Assembly (NCBI GenBank): GCA_945877135.1
Contig: CAMCQY010000001.1
Span: forward strand, 28,825 to 92,824
DNA length: 64,000 nucleotides
Reading direction: 5' to 3'
Source of the DNA: Candidatus Kuenenia stuttgartensis
GTDB lineage: Bacteria; Planctomycetota; Planctomycetia; Pirellulales; UBA1268
Shown one piece after another: positions 17,367 through 27,143 of this stretch. The notes below the pieces were generated by a model. It had not been told where the DNA came from, did not search any database, and saw only the letters and a program-made list of their open reading frames with translations. Position 1 is the stretch's first letter; every line of letters begins with the position of its first letter. The position numbers and the translations under genes are program-made.

Positions 17367-18113
17367 TCAGGAAGACGGCGGGGTCGGACGCTCGCGGATG
17401 TCGTGTGATGAGCGTGTCTCACCGGCCATGAGCAGTTCGCCGTCACCGATCGACAGTGACTCCAGCCAGTAGCTCGTAGCTCCCGCATCGTGCGTCGATG
17501 GTATGTAGACCATGAGCACCATCCGTCCGTCCAGCATCCGTAGGTCAGCGACCATCCCCAGCTTGCTGATCCGGCGGGCGAGTTCCCGCAGAATCGGCGT
17601 CCGCGGGACGGGAATCGCCCCCAACCACGCCTGCTCCAACACGATCGCCAGATGGTTGACATCCCGCAGCAAAACTTCGCCATCGAGCCAGGCCACGGCC
17701 GTCAGCGGCCCATAGCCCACCCGTGCGCCCAGCACCACATGCCGGGACCGAAACACCAGCCGTGGCTGGGAGACGCCCGGCGGCAGCCAGCGCGGATGAT
17801 TCCGCGGCAGGTCTACCGCCAGCCAAGCATTGAGTTCGTCGGCGGTCACGGCCGTCTCCCAGCCGCCCGACCGCGAGATGGAGGCATGCCATGCCGAGGC
17901 CTTTGTGACCGCCCGCCGCGCCAAAGCCTCGACAGCGTCAACGCCTCCGCCGGCCACCGTGTTCCCGGCGGCCATCGCGGCGGGGCTCACAAGCTCCCGG
18001 TAGAAACCGGGCTCGTATTTCAACAGTGCCGCGACGACGAGGAGCAGCAGCCCCAGACCACCCAGGCAGGCCAGCAGGGTGCTTCGCAGTCGCCGCCACG
18101 ATGTTTGCTTCAC
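17367..18113 (-). CDS. Hypothetical membrane-anchored protein
   Basis: Single N-terminal TM (LLACLGGLGLLLLVVAALL). No motif recognised. GTG start. GC3-rich coding-like frame. Confidence 0.5.
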   Translation of the reverse strand: MKQTSWRRLRSTLLACLGGLGLLLLVVAALLKYEPGFYRELVSPAAMAAGNTVAGGGVDAVEALARRAVTKASAWHASISRSGGWETAVTADELNAWLAVDLPRNHPRWLPPGVSQPRLVFRSRHVVLGARVGYGPLTAVAWLDGEVLLRDVNHLAIVLEQAWLGAIPVPRTPILRELARRISKLGMVADLRMLDGRMVLMVYIPSTHDAGATSYWLESLSIGDGELLMAGETRSSHDIRERPTPPSS

Positions 18114-18339
18114 GACAGGAGGCCACCCATGCTCAGCCGCGTTTCAGACCCTGTCCGATACAACTTGTCCGATACAACTTGGGCGATACACACGCCGACA
18201 TACCGGGCGACACCATTCCAGCCGCCAGCGGGGGGACGGACACCAATTCCTTCGTGGCAACAGCGGACTCCGTGGCCGCCGAAGCCTTCGAAGTCCGGAA
18301 CCAGATTGGAGCCGTTCCCCCCAGGTTTTGAAACCACCT

Positions 18340-18561
18340 CTAGCCCGTCAGCCCCAATAACCGCGGGATCGGTAGTTCAGCGGACGTTTCCAGGGTCACA
18401 TCCCCGGGCAACTCCAGCTCCAACTCATCCCTCAGCACCCGCACGTCCGGCGGTGCCTCGATCCCGATCCGGACCTTGTCGCCACTCACGCGGACCACCG
18501 TGACCACCACTGAATCCCCAACCCGAATCCGTTCGTTCTGCTTGCGGGACAGCACCAGCAT
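18340..18561 (-). CDS. csrA: Carbon storage regulator CsrA
   Basis: MLVLSRKQNERIRVGD...KVRIGIEAPPDVRVLRDEL matches the CsrA fold signature. GGAGG lies 7 nt upstream of the ATG at 18561. The ORF-track start at 18618 is too far upstream. Confidence 0.92.
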   Translation of the reverse strand: MLVLSRKQNERIRVGDSVVVTVVRVSGDKVRIGIEAPPDVRVLRDELELELPGDVTLETSAELPIPRLLGLTG

Positions 18562-18870
18562 CGAGGGCCTCCGTTCCAAATGAATGTGTGGAAATGAATG
18601 TATGGATGTGCTATACAAATGTCAACTGTGCTTCGACCATGATCCGCTCCCGCGCGGTTTCCTGACTGACCACGGTCCTGCGAGATCTGAGTCGAGTCGG
18701 CTGACTTTGCAACAAGGGAAACATCGTCCGGTCAGGCAGACTTTCTTGGCCGCACTCCGGCAGACACCGACTGGACGCATTGTGCAGCGCGGGCCTGTGG
18801 TGCGGCCTGCTCGCAGGGCAGCGGTTCCGCCGTCTGCAAAAGCTGATTCAAGAAAGAGCCCGCGGCGCGG

Positions 18871-18977
18871 ATTCCCTCGCTCGCGCGTCGGGCTTCCATG
18901 AGAACCCACCCTCATGAGAACCCACCCTCATCCAAGCCCGCTTGTTCATCCAAGCCCGCAGCGCAAGCAAGGGAAAT
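18871..18977. repeat. Family-A hairpin repeat locus with internal short tandem duplications
   Basis: Left arm ATTCCCTCGCTCGCGCGTCGGGCTTCCATG (18871-18900) faces right arm CATCCAAGCCCGCAGCGCAAGCAAGGGAAAT (18947-18977). The loop holds CATGAGAACCCACCCT x2 and CATCCAAGCCCGC x2. Confidence 0.85.
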
Positions 18978-19042
18978 GCCGGTGGCCTCACACAACGCTA
19001 CGCGGGAGTCACATCCGCAGCACCCGATGGTGGCGGGGCAAA

Positions 19043-19888
19043 TTACTCGACGTCCGCCGCCGGCGTGGCCGCGAACTCGGCGAGTTCGACCTGCGTGGCC
19101 ACGGCCACACGGCTCTCCGCCTCCTCGATCCGCGAGAGGTCGCCGGCGAGGAGTCGGGGATGAAACTTGTGCACGCACCGCAGGCTGTCGGCACGGCCAG
19201 TAACCAGCGCTACCCGCGAGTCGATCTCGAGTGACACCTCGGTTGGAATGCCACCCGCCGCCGCCACGCGGCGATTGATGGCCAGCCGCGGAAACGGCGG
19301 CAGGCCACCGGGACGCACCAGCGCCTTGAGCAGAATCGCCGTGTCGGCAAACCGCCGATAGAGGCCGGCCGCCTCCGGTGTCGGCGGTGTGGCAAACTCG
19401 ATCGCATAACGGACCCGCGGCCCCACCAGCTCGATGCGGTCGTCTGACTCCGTCATCCCCTCGCCAAAGTCGGGGCCTCCAGCCCACCGCACCAGCCGGT
19501 CGTCCGACTTTCTCGCCCACGACGCAAGCGACACGCTCAGCCGCTCGAGCCGGATCGAATCGATGTGGGTCTTCAGATTGCGTGCCGGATCGACGAGCAC
19601 AACCCGCTCGCGGGCGGGATCATGAAGCACGATCTCGCAAGCCGCTTCGCCGCCCCCCTTGGACGCGGCAGGCTCGAGAAAGTCCCAGGCGATCCCGTCG
19701 CGAAACAGCGTCAGGCTCCGCGCGATCGGCTCCTCCGCGTTGTTGGCGAAGACCTCGCTCTCCACACGAAACCCGCGCTCCTCGGCGGCCTGCGCTGCTG
19801 ACGCCCCGCAGCCAGCCAGCAGAAACCACGACAGAACCAGCCGCACGATGGTCGTCAGCGGCACGGATCGCAACGCTTCGATCTGCAT
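19043..19888 (-). CDS. Hypothetical lipoprotein
   Basis: Signal peptide with lipobox (VLSWFLLAGCGAS). No recognised catalytic motif. Confidence 0.6.
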   Translation of the reverse strand: MQIEALRSVPLTTIVRLVLSWFLLAGCGASAAQAAEERGFRVESEVFANNAEEPIARSLTLFRDGIAWDFLEPAASKGGGEAACEIVLHDPARERVVLVDPARNLKTHIDSIRLERLSVSLASWARKSDDRLVRWAGGPDFGEGMTESDDRIELVGPRVRYAIEFATPPTPEAAGLYRRFADTAILLKALVRPGGLPPFPRLAINRRVAAAGGIPTEVSLEIDSRVALVTGRADSLRCVHKFHPRLLAGDLSRIEEAESRVAVATQVELAEFAATPAADVE

Positions 19889-20035
19889 GGACGTTCAGCC
19901 CCTGGGTGTCCCGCATGCCCTCTACGGCACACGGAGGCGGGGACCGTAACAGAAGTCCCACCGACGACCAAGGCGAAACCGCCGCCAGGTGCCGCCCGCC
20001 TAGGTTCCCCCGCGGGCCGGCTTTTCCAGCGGCAG

Positions 20036-21097
20036 TCAGCCGCCTGGCTCGATGGCGGCGAGTTCTGCCGGATCGGTGAACACATGCCAGCGACCGCCGG
20101 GAACCCGCCGGGCAAGCCGCTCGAGCCGCGCCCGCACCTTGTCCCACGACTGCTTTCCCTCCACCTGCCGAATGGCGACGCCCGCCACTCGGTCGGGATG
20201 ACGGCGGGCCACCTCGGCGTAGACCTCCGGATCGCGTTCGCCGGAGTCACCCACCAGCAGGAACCTCCGTCTGGGAAAATCAGCGACGATGTTTTCGACG
20301 CTTCGACGCTTCGAACGCTTGCGGGAAGGCAGCCGACCCAGCGGTGTGGAATCCTTGAGACGGAAGAGTTTGAGGTGCATCGACCCCGCCGGGAGGCCGG
20401 CGTCACGCAGGAATCCGCCCAGGCAATTGGCCAACTGCCACGGACTCGCTGACACATAGTGAAAGGCGGTGCCCGACTCCTGCCAGTGACGGTAGATTTC
20501 CGCCATGCCAGGTACGGCTGAAAACTCACGCAGCAGCGTGTTGGCGAGGAGTTCCCTCCGGTTTGCGACGTTCGTCACCTTCACCGTGTCGTCGATGTCG
20601 GAGATCACCGACAGGCCATCTTCATCGATCACTTGGATCGAGCCCGTCGCGGCCGCAGCCGACGCCGTCAGATCGACGCCGCCATCGGCGTCGGATGGAA
20701 TCGCCGCAGCGTAGGAGAGCCAACGGCACCCGCCGCCCTTTCCGGCGGAGCCGCTCGCCTCGGCGAGGGCATCGACATCCGCATCATCCAGTTCGATCAG
20801 GTGCTGAAAATGCCCAACCCGGTCGGACTGTCCAGCATCGATCCTCCGCCCACCAAGCGTGATGCTCACCCGCTCGCCCGCCACCCGCTGGAAAAGGAAG
20901 GCGTCTGCCCGCCGCTGAAACACCTCCGACTGCAGGTGGGTTTCATCGAGATCCAGCAGCCGCTTGATCACCCCAACCGCCAGACTGCGGCGATGGCTCT
21001 TCGGGGGCAACGGACGGGAGATCATGCCGGCAACGGTGGCCTGCCACCGCTTTTCACCGGGAAGACGCCGCGCGTAGGTGGGGAAAAATACGATCAT
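20036..21097 (-). CDS. App1-like phosphatase (DUF2183 / HAD-type DxDxT)
   Basis: ISDIDDTVKVT (DxDxT), a downstream YVSASPWQL, and LVGDSGERDPEVY as in App1-family phosphatidate phosphatases. ATG 21097 (MIVFFPTY) is preferred over the upstream start at 21160. Confidence 0.72.
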   Translation of the reverse strand: MIVFFPTYARRLPGEKRWQATVAGMISRPLPPKSHRRSLAVGVIKRLLDLDETHLQSEVFQRRADAFLFQRVAGERVSITLGGRRIDAGQSDRVGHFQHLIELDDADVDALAEASGSAGKGGGCRWLSYAAAIPSDADGGVDLTASAAAATGSIQVIDEDGLSVISDIDDTVKVTNVANRRELLANTLLREFSAVPGMAEIYRHWQESGTAFHYVSASPWQLANCLGGFLRDAGLPAGSMHLKLFRLKDSTPLGRLPSRKRSKRRSVENIVADFPRRRFLLVGDSGERDPEVYAEVARRHPDRVAGVAIRQVEGKQSWDKVRARLERLARRVPGGRWHVFTDPAELAAIEPGG

Positions 21098-21249
21098 GCG
21101 GACGGACCGCGACCGGGGCGCAGCCGCCGGTGGCACGACCGGAAGCCGTGCCGCAGCCACGCGTGATGCGGGTTGGTGCTTGCAATCACTAGGAAACCCA
21201 TCTTACAACCTTCCTCAGATTCTGGATCAGTTACCACCTGGAGGAAAGC

Positions 21250-21339
21250 ATGGGAGTCAAGAAAACCGGCAAGGGCCGCCGCAAGTTGGGTCAGAAGAAG
21301 CGCCGCATGCGAGCCCGCATCCGCCATCGAAAGGGCTGA
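21250..21339 (+). CDS. Unlisted 29-codon Arg/Lys-rich small protein (possible small ribosomal/RNA-binding protein)
   Basis: ATG at 21250 is preceded by GGAGGA (21240-21245). It translates to MGVKKTGKGRRKLGQKKRRMRARIRHRKG, with TGA at 21337-21339. About 22 of 28 third positions are G/C, as in neighbouring genes. It is below the ORF-track length cut-off. Confidence 0.5.
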   Translation: MGVKKTGKGRRKLGQKKRRMRARIRHRKG

Positions 21340-21541
21340 TGGCATGTCGGCCGTCTCCCCGCGAAATGCGTCGCCGGGTCGTGCGTTTCGGCATGACCCG
21401 CACAGCTTCACGGCGGCGTGATCCGATCCGCCCAGATGCATTCCGGGTTTCCTTGCCGCGCCTCTGGCGTGGGGTAGTTTTGTTTGGATCGCGACGACTA
21501 TCGGTCGCGATCCGCTTGACCCCGGCAAGGAGATGCCTTCG

Positions 21542-22039
21542 ATGCGTGTTAATGTCTGGTACCGTGCAGCGGCGCGATGCCTTCCAGTGGTGATGGTAAT
21601 CGCGGTAGCCAGTCTGTCCGGCTGCAAGTCGATGACGGAGAAATACATCGCGCTGGAAGTCTGGAAGTACGAAAAACTCTTCGGGCACCTGCCGCCCGGA
21701 TTCGTGCCACCGGGGGCTATGCCGGCGGCGGCTCCTGCCATGCGTCCCTGCGGCCAGCAAGCGCCGTGCCAGGGGGCTCCGTGCGGCGGCGGTGCTGACC
21801 ATGTGGTCGGGTCGCCGATGGCGGGCATGGCGGGCGACAACTGCAACTCGTGTCAGGGTGGCGTCGTCGAGGGCGGCATGCATTCGGGGACGATCATGTC
21901 GCCGGGTGTGCCGGCCGGAGCAGGGTCGCTCCCTGTCGGCCCGGGCGGCTCACCTGGCCCAAGCGCGGGCATGCCTACCCCTGCATCGGTGACCAGCAGT
22001 CGGCCGGTGGTCATCTCCGACGAGGTCGTACTGCCGTAA
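21542..22039 (+). CDS. Hypothetical lipoprotein, Gly/Pro/Ala-rich
   Basis: Signal peptide plus lipobox (VMVIAVASLSGCKS). AAGGAG lies 9 nt upstream of ATG 21542. ATG 21533 abuts the RBS. Confidence 0.55.
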   Translation: MRVNVWYRAAARCLPVVMVIAVASLSGCKSMTEKYIALEVWKYEKLFGHLPPGFVPPGAMPAAAPAMRPCGQQAPCQGAPCGGGADHVVGSPMAGMAGDNCNSCQGGVVEGGMHSGTIMSPGVPAGAGSLPVGPGGSPGPSAGMPTPASVTSSRPVVISDEVVLP

Positions 22040-22066
22040 GGCTCGACTGCACCCGACGCCGCACTC

Positions 22067-22867
22067 TCAGCCGAGCGTCTCGCCCGGGCCTGGAAAACGG
22101 TAGTGCTCAACATCCTGCCGCCAGCGGGCGAGCGCGTCGCCAATCGAGGTCTTGACGTCGGCGTAGGCTCTCACGAACCGGGGCACCCTGCCCGTCGAGA
22201 GGCCGATGAGGTCGTGCATCACGAGCACCTGTCCGTCGCAGTGCGGGCCCGCCCCGATGCCGATGGTGGGCACGGTGAGCGATCGCGTGATCGTCGCAGC
22301 GACCTCCTGTGGCACGCATTCGAGGATGACGGCACACGCGCCGGCATGGGCCGCGGCCTCCGCATCGGCCGTCAGCCGGTCGATGTCCCGTTGCATCCGG
22401 TAGCCGCCGAGTTGGTGCACGGCCTGCGGGCGGAGGCCGACGTGCCCCATCACCGGAATGCCGGCGGCCGCGATCCCGGCGATCACGTCCGCCTGACCGG
22501 CGGTACCCTCGAGCTTCACGGCCTGACAACCGGTCTCCTTGAGGATCCGGCCGCACGACTCGACCGCCGTCCGCACACCCAGATGCTGCAACGGAAATGG
22601 CAGGTCAACGACCACCATCGCCCGCGACACGGCGCGGGAGACGATCTCACCGTGGTAGATCATCTGGTCGAGCGTGGCGGGGATGGTAGAGGAGCGACCG
22701 GCAACCACCATCGCCACGCTGTCTCCCACAAGCACACAGTCCACGCCTGCGGCATCGGCCAACTGGCCGGTCGGCCAGTCGTACGCCGTGACCATCGTGC
22801 ATGGACGGCGGTCGCGTTTGGCGGCCGCGAGATCGAGAACGGTCACACGGCGGGCTGGGTCGGTCAT
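22067..22867 (-). CDS. panB: 3-methyl-2-oxobutanoate hydroxymethyltransferase
   Basis: MVTAYDWPTGQLADAAGVDCVLVGDS, KLEG and GHVGLRPQ motifs, with typical length (266 aa). Confidence 0.95.
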   Translation of the reverse strand: MTDPARRVTVLDLAAAKRDRRPCTMVTAYDWPTGQLADAAGVDCVLVGDSVAMVVAGRSSTIPATLDQMIYHGEIVSRAVSRAMVVVDLPFPLQHLGVRTAVESCGRILKETGCQAVKLEGTAGQADVIAGIAAAGIPVMGHVGLRPQAVHQLGGYRMQRDIDRLTADAEAAAHAGACAVILECVPQEVAATITRSLTVPTIGIGAGPHCDGQVLVMHDLIGLSTGRVPRFVRAYADVKTSIGDALARWRQDVEHYRFPGPGETLG

Positions 22868-22981
22868 GGCGGTTGATGGGCCAGGGGCTTCGGGGAAGGG
22901 ACCCCTGAATATATAATTTGCCGCCGGGCTCGCGGCATCATCTCAGATGCAACTGCTGTCGGCACACGGAGGAATCGCCAG

Positions 22982-23692
22982 ATGCGGCTGTCTCGAAGGC
23001 CCACCCCATCTTCTCGCTGGGCCGTATTCGCAGGCGGTCTGCTGGCCGTGACCGCCTGGCCGAGCCCAGCCGTGGCCCAGCCGAGGCCGCAGCCAAAGAC
23101 GCTCTCCGCCGAAGACGGCAAGGGCACGGTGGACGCCGTGATGCCCGGCATGATCCGCCTGCGACTGAAGGGGGGCGAGTTCTGGAATGTGGTGCCGGCA
23201 CCGAATGCTCGGGTCTCGGTGGTCGGCACCGCGGCCCGCGAGATGCTGCAGCCGGGACAGTTTGTGTCGTGCTCCCTGATGCTCGATGAATTCGGCAAAG
23301 TCGCGGCCCCCGCGGCCCAGATCACGTTTCCCGGCGGCGGCCTGCCGGGCGTGGTCGCCGGTGGCCTGGGCCTCGCCGAGCCTGGTGCCAAGCGGGTGCC
23401 GGGCAAGCGAGAGGCCGGCACCTATCTGGTCTCTGGTCCAATCAAGCTCGTGGCCGACGATGTGGTCACAGTGCAGGCGGGCAGGGATCGATTTGACATC
23501 ACAGTCCCACCTGAAACCGAATTGCTGGTGAGGACGACCAACTACACGCTGGCGACCCCGGGTGATGAGGTCGAGGTGGAGGGGCTCTACATCCAAAAGG
23601 GCCAACTCCAGGCCACGACGCTCTCGATCACGTTGGCGAATCCCGTGACACCACCGACCAAAAACCGCGGGCCGAAACGGCCGGCCAAATAA
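22982..23692 (+). CDS. Hypothetical secreted protein
   Basis: N-terminal signal peptide (WAVFAGGLLAVTAWPSPAVAQ). No recognised domain. Confidence 0.55.
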   Translation: MRLSRRPTPSSRWAVFAGGLLAVTAWPSPAVAQPRPQPKTLSAEDGKGTVDAVMPGMIRLRLKGGEFWNVVPAPNARVSVVGTAAREMLQPGQFVSCSLMLDEFGKVAAPAAQITFPGGGLPGVVAGGLGLAEPGAKRVPGKREAGTYLVSGPIKLVADDVVTVQAGRDRFDITVPPETELLVRTTNYTLATPGDEVEVEGLYIQKGQLQATTLSITLANPVTPPTKNRGPKRPAK

Positions 23693-23721
23693 ACCGGCGG
23701 GAGCACAAGCCTCGTTTTTCC

Positions 23722-23793
23722 CATCCAAGCCCGACGCGCGAGCGAGGGAATCCGCCCAACCCCCATCCAAGCCCGACGCGCAAGCGAGGGAAT
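23722..23793. repeat. Family-A repeat, two direct half-copies
   Basis: CATCCAAGCCCGACGCGCGAGCGAGGGAAT (23722-23751) and CATCCAAGCCCGACGCGCAAGCGAGGGAAT (23764-23793) share one orientation. No inverted partner is present. Confidence 0.85.
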
Positions 23794-23803
23794 GTCGCGG
23801 CGG

Positions 23804-24319
23804 CTACTTGAGACTCTTGAAGAAGTTGTTGAGCTGTTCATCGTCGGAGACATCCGGGATGTCCGCCGGAGCCGGAGGGGTTTCTTCTTCGTGTACCACC
23901 TGGAAGCCTGATCGCTCTTGCGAGGGAGACTCTTTGCTCCCCTCCACGCGGCTCTCCGCCGTATCAGGGCCATCCTGATGGCGATGGTCTTCGCCAGCCG
24001 CGGTGGCTCGGGGGGCTGTCAGCGGCTGATACTCCACCGCGAAGGAAAGTCCGCCCACTCGCACGATGCCGCCGGGGGGAACAACGGTTTGGGTGCTCGC
24101 AGGCATCTGTTCGTCGTTGAGGAACGTGCCGTTGGTGGACCCCAGATCACGGACACACACCTGTCCATGCCACTCGAAAAACTCGCAGTGTCTGCGGCTG
24201 ACCAAATCATGCTGGATCCGAAACTTGGCCTCTTCGCCGCGGCCGAGCAGGATCGGCAGCCGCACGGTAAACGTCCGCTTGTTGGCGACAGGGGCGACGA
24301 CGTGAAAGCGAACGACCAT
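23804..24319 (-). CDS. FHA-domain protein with acidic C-terminal tail
   Basis: FHA core LLGRGEEAKFRIQHDLVSRRHCEFFEWHGQVCVRDLGSTNGTFLN. ATG 24319 (MVVRFHV) is preferred. An alternative start lies at 24376. Confidence 0.8.
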   Translation of the reverse strand: MVVRFHVVAPVANKRTFTVRLPILLGRGEEAKFRIQHDLVSRRHCEFFEWHGQVCVRDLGSTNGTFLNDEQMPASTQTVVPPGGIVRVGGLSFAVEYQPLTAPRATAAGEDHRHQDGPDTAESRVEGSKESPSQERSGFQVVHEEETPPAPADIPDVSDDEQLNNFFKSLK

Positions 24320-24482
24320 GACCAACGACCATGACAACGGAGGGGTCTGTGTGCCGCGGCGTGAACCGGCGACCAAAAATGCCTGATTCGGGAGTTCGGA
24401 GAAAATCGTAATCCGGCGACGGTGGTTTCCAAACGCAACCTCCCATCCCCCCCAGGAAACCCGGTTTCCCCAGAGGATGACC

Positions 24483-24510
24483 TTGCGGCCACTTCCGGGG
24501 CCCTTATAAT
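24483..24510 (+). promoter_or_regulatory. Candidate sigma-70-type promoter for tRNA-Gly
   Basis: TTGCGG (24483-24488), a 16-nt spacer, then a perfect TATAAT (24505-24510), about 70 nt upstream of the tRNA 5' end. A TATAAT is rare in this GC-rich sequence. Confidence 0.35.
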
Positions 24511-24579
24511 CCTGCGTTCCTAGGCAACTCGAGTCCGTCCCGATTTTTGGACGTCGCGAGATCGTCGAGGCACATTCCT

Positions 24580-24652
24580 GCGGGTGTAGCTCAGTTGGTA
24601 GAGCACCACGTTGCCAACGTGGTTGTCGTGAGTTCGAATCTCATCACCCGCT
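24580..24652 (+). tRNA. tRNA-Gly (anticodon GCC)
   Basis: The cloverleaf folds by hand. Acceptor GCGGGTG/CACCCGC, D arm GCTC-AGTTGGTA-GAGC, anticodon arm CCACG-TTGCCAA-CGTGG, T arm GTGAG-TTCGAAT-CTCAT, discriminator T. No CCA is encoded. Confidence 0.95.
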
Positions 24653-24800
24653 CTCTGTTTCTTTCCCATTCCAGCCGGCCAGACGGCACTGTCCCTGGTC
24701 GACCTCCTCGAGAAGTCGGTGCGGGGTCGGTCGAATCTGCTGCGAGCGACCGTCGTTCGCCCGTTTTTGCACAGCTCTCCCGCTCCCGTCGGAACCAGCC

Positions 24801-26297
24801 ATGTCTTCTTCCAGTGATCCGTCCGCGACCGCCCTGGCAACTCCTGATTCCGCTGGCGACGATGCGGCCGTTCAGGCCCTGAAACTCGGCGTTGCCATCG
24901 ACAAACTTTCGGCCTGCGAGCGACGGGTGCGGGTATCGATCCCGCGGGAAGACATCGACCGCTACCGCGATGATGCGATCGGCGAAATGATGCCCGCCGC
25001 GATGCTGCCCGGATTCCGGCCCGGCCGCGCACCGCGGCGGCTCGTGAGCAGCCGCTTCAAGTCGGAGCTTTCCGACCAGATCCGCAGCAAACTGCTGGCC
25101 GACGCCATGACGCAGGTATCGGAGCAGGAGAAACTCTCCCCCATTAGCGAACCCGAACTTGACGTCAATGCGGTCTTGGTGCCGGCTGATGGGCCGATGA
25201 CGTTCGAGTTCAAGATCGAGGTGCGACCGGAGTTCGACCTGCCCGAATGGAAGGGTCTGTCGATCCGGCGACCCTCCCGCACGATCTCGGACGACGACGT
25301 GGAAGAGTCGCTCACCAACCTCCTGCGGGAACGGGCGAGGTTCGTGCCCCACGAAGGCTCGGCCAAGCCGGGCGACCTGATCGTGGCCAACCTGCGGTTT
25401 CTCGACGGCGACAAGGTGCTCTCGGAGGCCACCGATCTCGAGTTGATTGTGCGGCCCAAGCTCTCCTTCGCCGACGCCGAACTGGAAGGTTTTGACAAAC
25501 TCGTCGCCAAGGCCCGCACCGGCACGCCGGTGACCGCCACGATCAAGGTCTCGGACGAGGCGGCCGTCGAGTCGCTCCGCGGAAAGGATGTCTCGCTCGA
25601 ACTGACTGTTGTGGATGTCAAGCACCTCGAACTGCCGGAGCTGACACCCGAACTGCTCGATGAAATCGGCTCATTCGAGTCGCCGAATGACCTCCGGGCG
25701 GCCGTGCGAAAGCAGCTGGAAAACCAGCTTGAATGGCACCGTCGGCGGCAGGTTCGGCAGCAGGTGTCGAGCGCGCTGACAGCCTCGGCGAGCTGGGATC
25801 TGCCCCCGGATCTGCTCCGTCGCCAGAGCCTGCGGGAACTGGAACGGTCGATCCTCGAACTGCGTCGGAGTGGCTTCGATGACGATTCCATCCGTCGGCA
25901 CGTCAACGAACTGCGGCAGTCGGTCATGGGCAGCACGGCCGCGGCCCTCAAGGAGCACTTTATCCTGGAGAGGATCGCCGAAGACCAGTCGATCGCCGAT
26001 GCCGCGGCCGACTACGACGAGGAGATTCGTGCTATTGCCGCTCAGTCGGGCGAATCGCCGCGTCGCGTACGGGCCAACCTCGAGAAGCGCGGGCTGATGG
26101 ACGTGCTCCGCAACCAGATCATCGAGCGGAAGACCATCGATCTGATCACGTCCCACGCGAAGTTCACCGACACCCCTTTCGAGTTCCAAAAACGCGACGC
26201 CGAGGCGGTGGACCATGCGGTCTGCGGCTCCGTCGTCGGCGAGGAGGAAATCCCGACCGCCACCCAGCCGGATGCCGGCAACCCGCGGCGGTCGTGA
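24801..26297 (+). CDS. tig: Trigger factor
   Basis: Position directly upstream of clpP. N-terminal ribosome-binding-domain motif [12 protein letters not shown] (GFRxGxxP). Length is typical apart from a ~35-aa N-terminal extension. Confidence 0.88.
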   Translation: MSSSSDPSATALATPDSAGDDAAVQALKLGVAIDKLSACERRVRVSIPREDIDRYRDDAIGEMMPAAMLPGFRPGRAPRRLVSSRFKSELSDQIRSKLLADAMTQVSEQEKLSPISEPELDVNAVLVPADGPMTFEFKIEVRPEFDLPEWKGLSIRRPSRTISDDDVEESLTNLLRERARFVPHEGSAKPGDLIVANLRFLDGDKVLSEATDLELIVRPKLSFADAELEGFDKLVAKARTGTPVTATIKVSDEAAVESLRGKDVSLELTVVDVKHLELPELTPELLDEIGSFESPNDLRAAVRKQLENQLEWHRRRQVRQQVSSALTASASWDLPPDLLRRQSLRELERSILELRRSGFDDDSIRRHVNELRQSVMGSTAAALKEHFILERIAEDQSIADAAADYDEEIRAIAAQSGESPRRVRANLEKRGLMDVLRNQIIERKTIDLITSHAKFTDTPFEFQKRDAEAVDHAVCGSVVGEEEIPTATQPDAGNPRRS

Positions 26298-26403
26298 GTT
26301 GCGGGCCGGATGCCTGCATCCACCCTCTGCCGTCGAGCACCGTGTCACCCCGGCATTGTGTCACCTACCACAGCCGATTTTCTCAGCCCAACCGAGACCT
26401 GAC

Positions 26404-27060
26404 ATGTTGAATCGTTCCTTCGATCCGCGGGCCAGTGTTCCGCAGGCCTCCAGTCCGCAGGCCTCGAGCGCCTCGCGCGACTACCAACGGCAGCGGCAGA
26501 TGACGCTGGGCGACCTCCTGCTGGAAAACAGGATTATCCTGTTGCAGGGGGAGATCTACGACGGCAACGCCAACGAACTGGTGATGAAACTGCTCTATCT
26601 GCAGAGTGAAAACCGCCGCAAGGACATCCACTTCTACATCAACTCGCCCGGCGGCAGCGTGACGGCCACGATGGCGATCTACGACACGATGCAGATTCTC
26701 TCCTGCCAGGTCGCAACCTACTGCGTGGGGCTCGCGGCCAGCGGCGGCGCCGTTCTGCTCGCCGGCGGAGCGAAGGGGAAACGATTCGCCCTTCCCCACG
26801 CGAAGGTGATGATCCATCAGCCCTACGGCCAGGTCGGCGGGCAGGTGAGCGACATCGAAATCCAGGCTGACGAGATCATCAAGACTCGCGCGATCCTCAA
26901 TGAGATCCTGGCCCAGCACACCGGCCAGCCCATCGACCGCATCGCCAAAGACACCGACCGCGACCGCTATCTCACAGCCATCGAGGCCAAGGAGTATGGC
27001 TTGGTCGACGACGTTCTCACCAAGCCGCCGGTTGCGGCGGAAGACGAAAGCAAGGACTAG
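26404..27060 (+). CDS. clpP: ATP-dependent Clp protease proteolytic subunit (paralogue 1)
   Basis: Ser-His-Asp contexts are [15 protein letters not shown] and [12 protein letters not shown] 26404 (MLNRSF) is chosen; the ORF-track start at 26215 overlaps tig. Confidence 0.9.
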   Translation: MLNRSFDPRASVPQASSPQASSASRDYQRQRQMTLGDLLLENRIILLQGEIYDGNANELVMKLLYLQSENRRKDIHFYINSPGGSVTATMAIYDTMQILSCQVATYCVGLAASGGAVLLAGGAKGKRFALPHAKVMIHQPYGQVGGQVSDIEIQADEIIKTRAILNEILAQHTGQPIDRIAKDTDRDRYLTAIEAKEYGLVDDVLTKPPVAAEDESKD

Positions 27061-27143
27061 CCTTCCGATCCCGGTCCCAACCCGGGCCGATCCGGCCCGT
27101 CCTCTTCCCCCTCCCCGTTCCAGCCTCCGCCGAGAAGCCCCCC

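Noticed and set aside
18562-19042. The 480-bp gap upstream of csrA as a CsrB-like GGA-rich antagonist sRNA or a missed gene (ORFs 18584-18901 + and 18622-18915 -).
   Set aside because: Only isolated GGA motifs occur, with no repeated GGA-in-loop hairpins. The ORFs have nonsense composition and run into a family-A repeat. There is insufficient evidence for either.
21486-21513. Hairpin GGATCGCGAC-GACTATCG-GTCGCGATCC as an intrinsic terminator for the sORF.
   Set aside because: The U-rich run lies 5' of the stem rather than 3' on the + strand, and only an A-rich run follows on the - strand. It does not fit a canonical intrinsic terminator, so I left it uncalled.
24377-24800. tRNA-Gly as an integration hot spot or genomic-island boundary.
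   Set aside because: There is no integrase, no direct repeat of the tRNA 3' end, and no compositional shift on either side. The flanking genes (FHA protein, tig-clpP) look like core genes.
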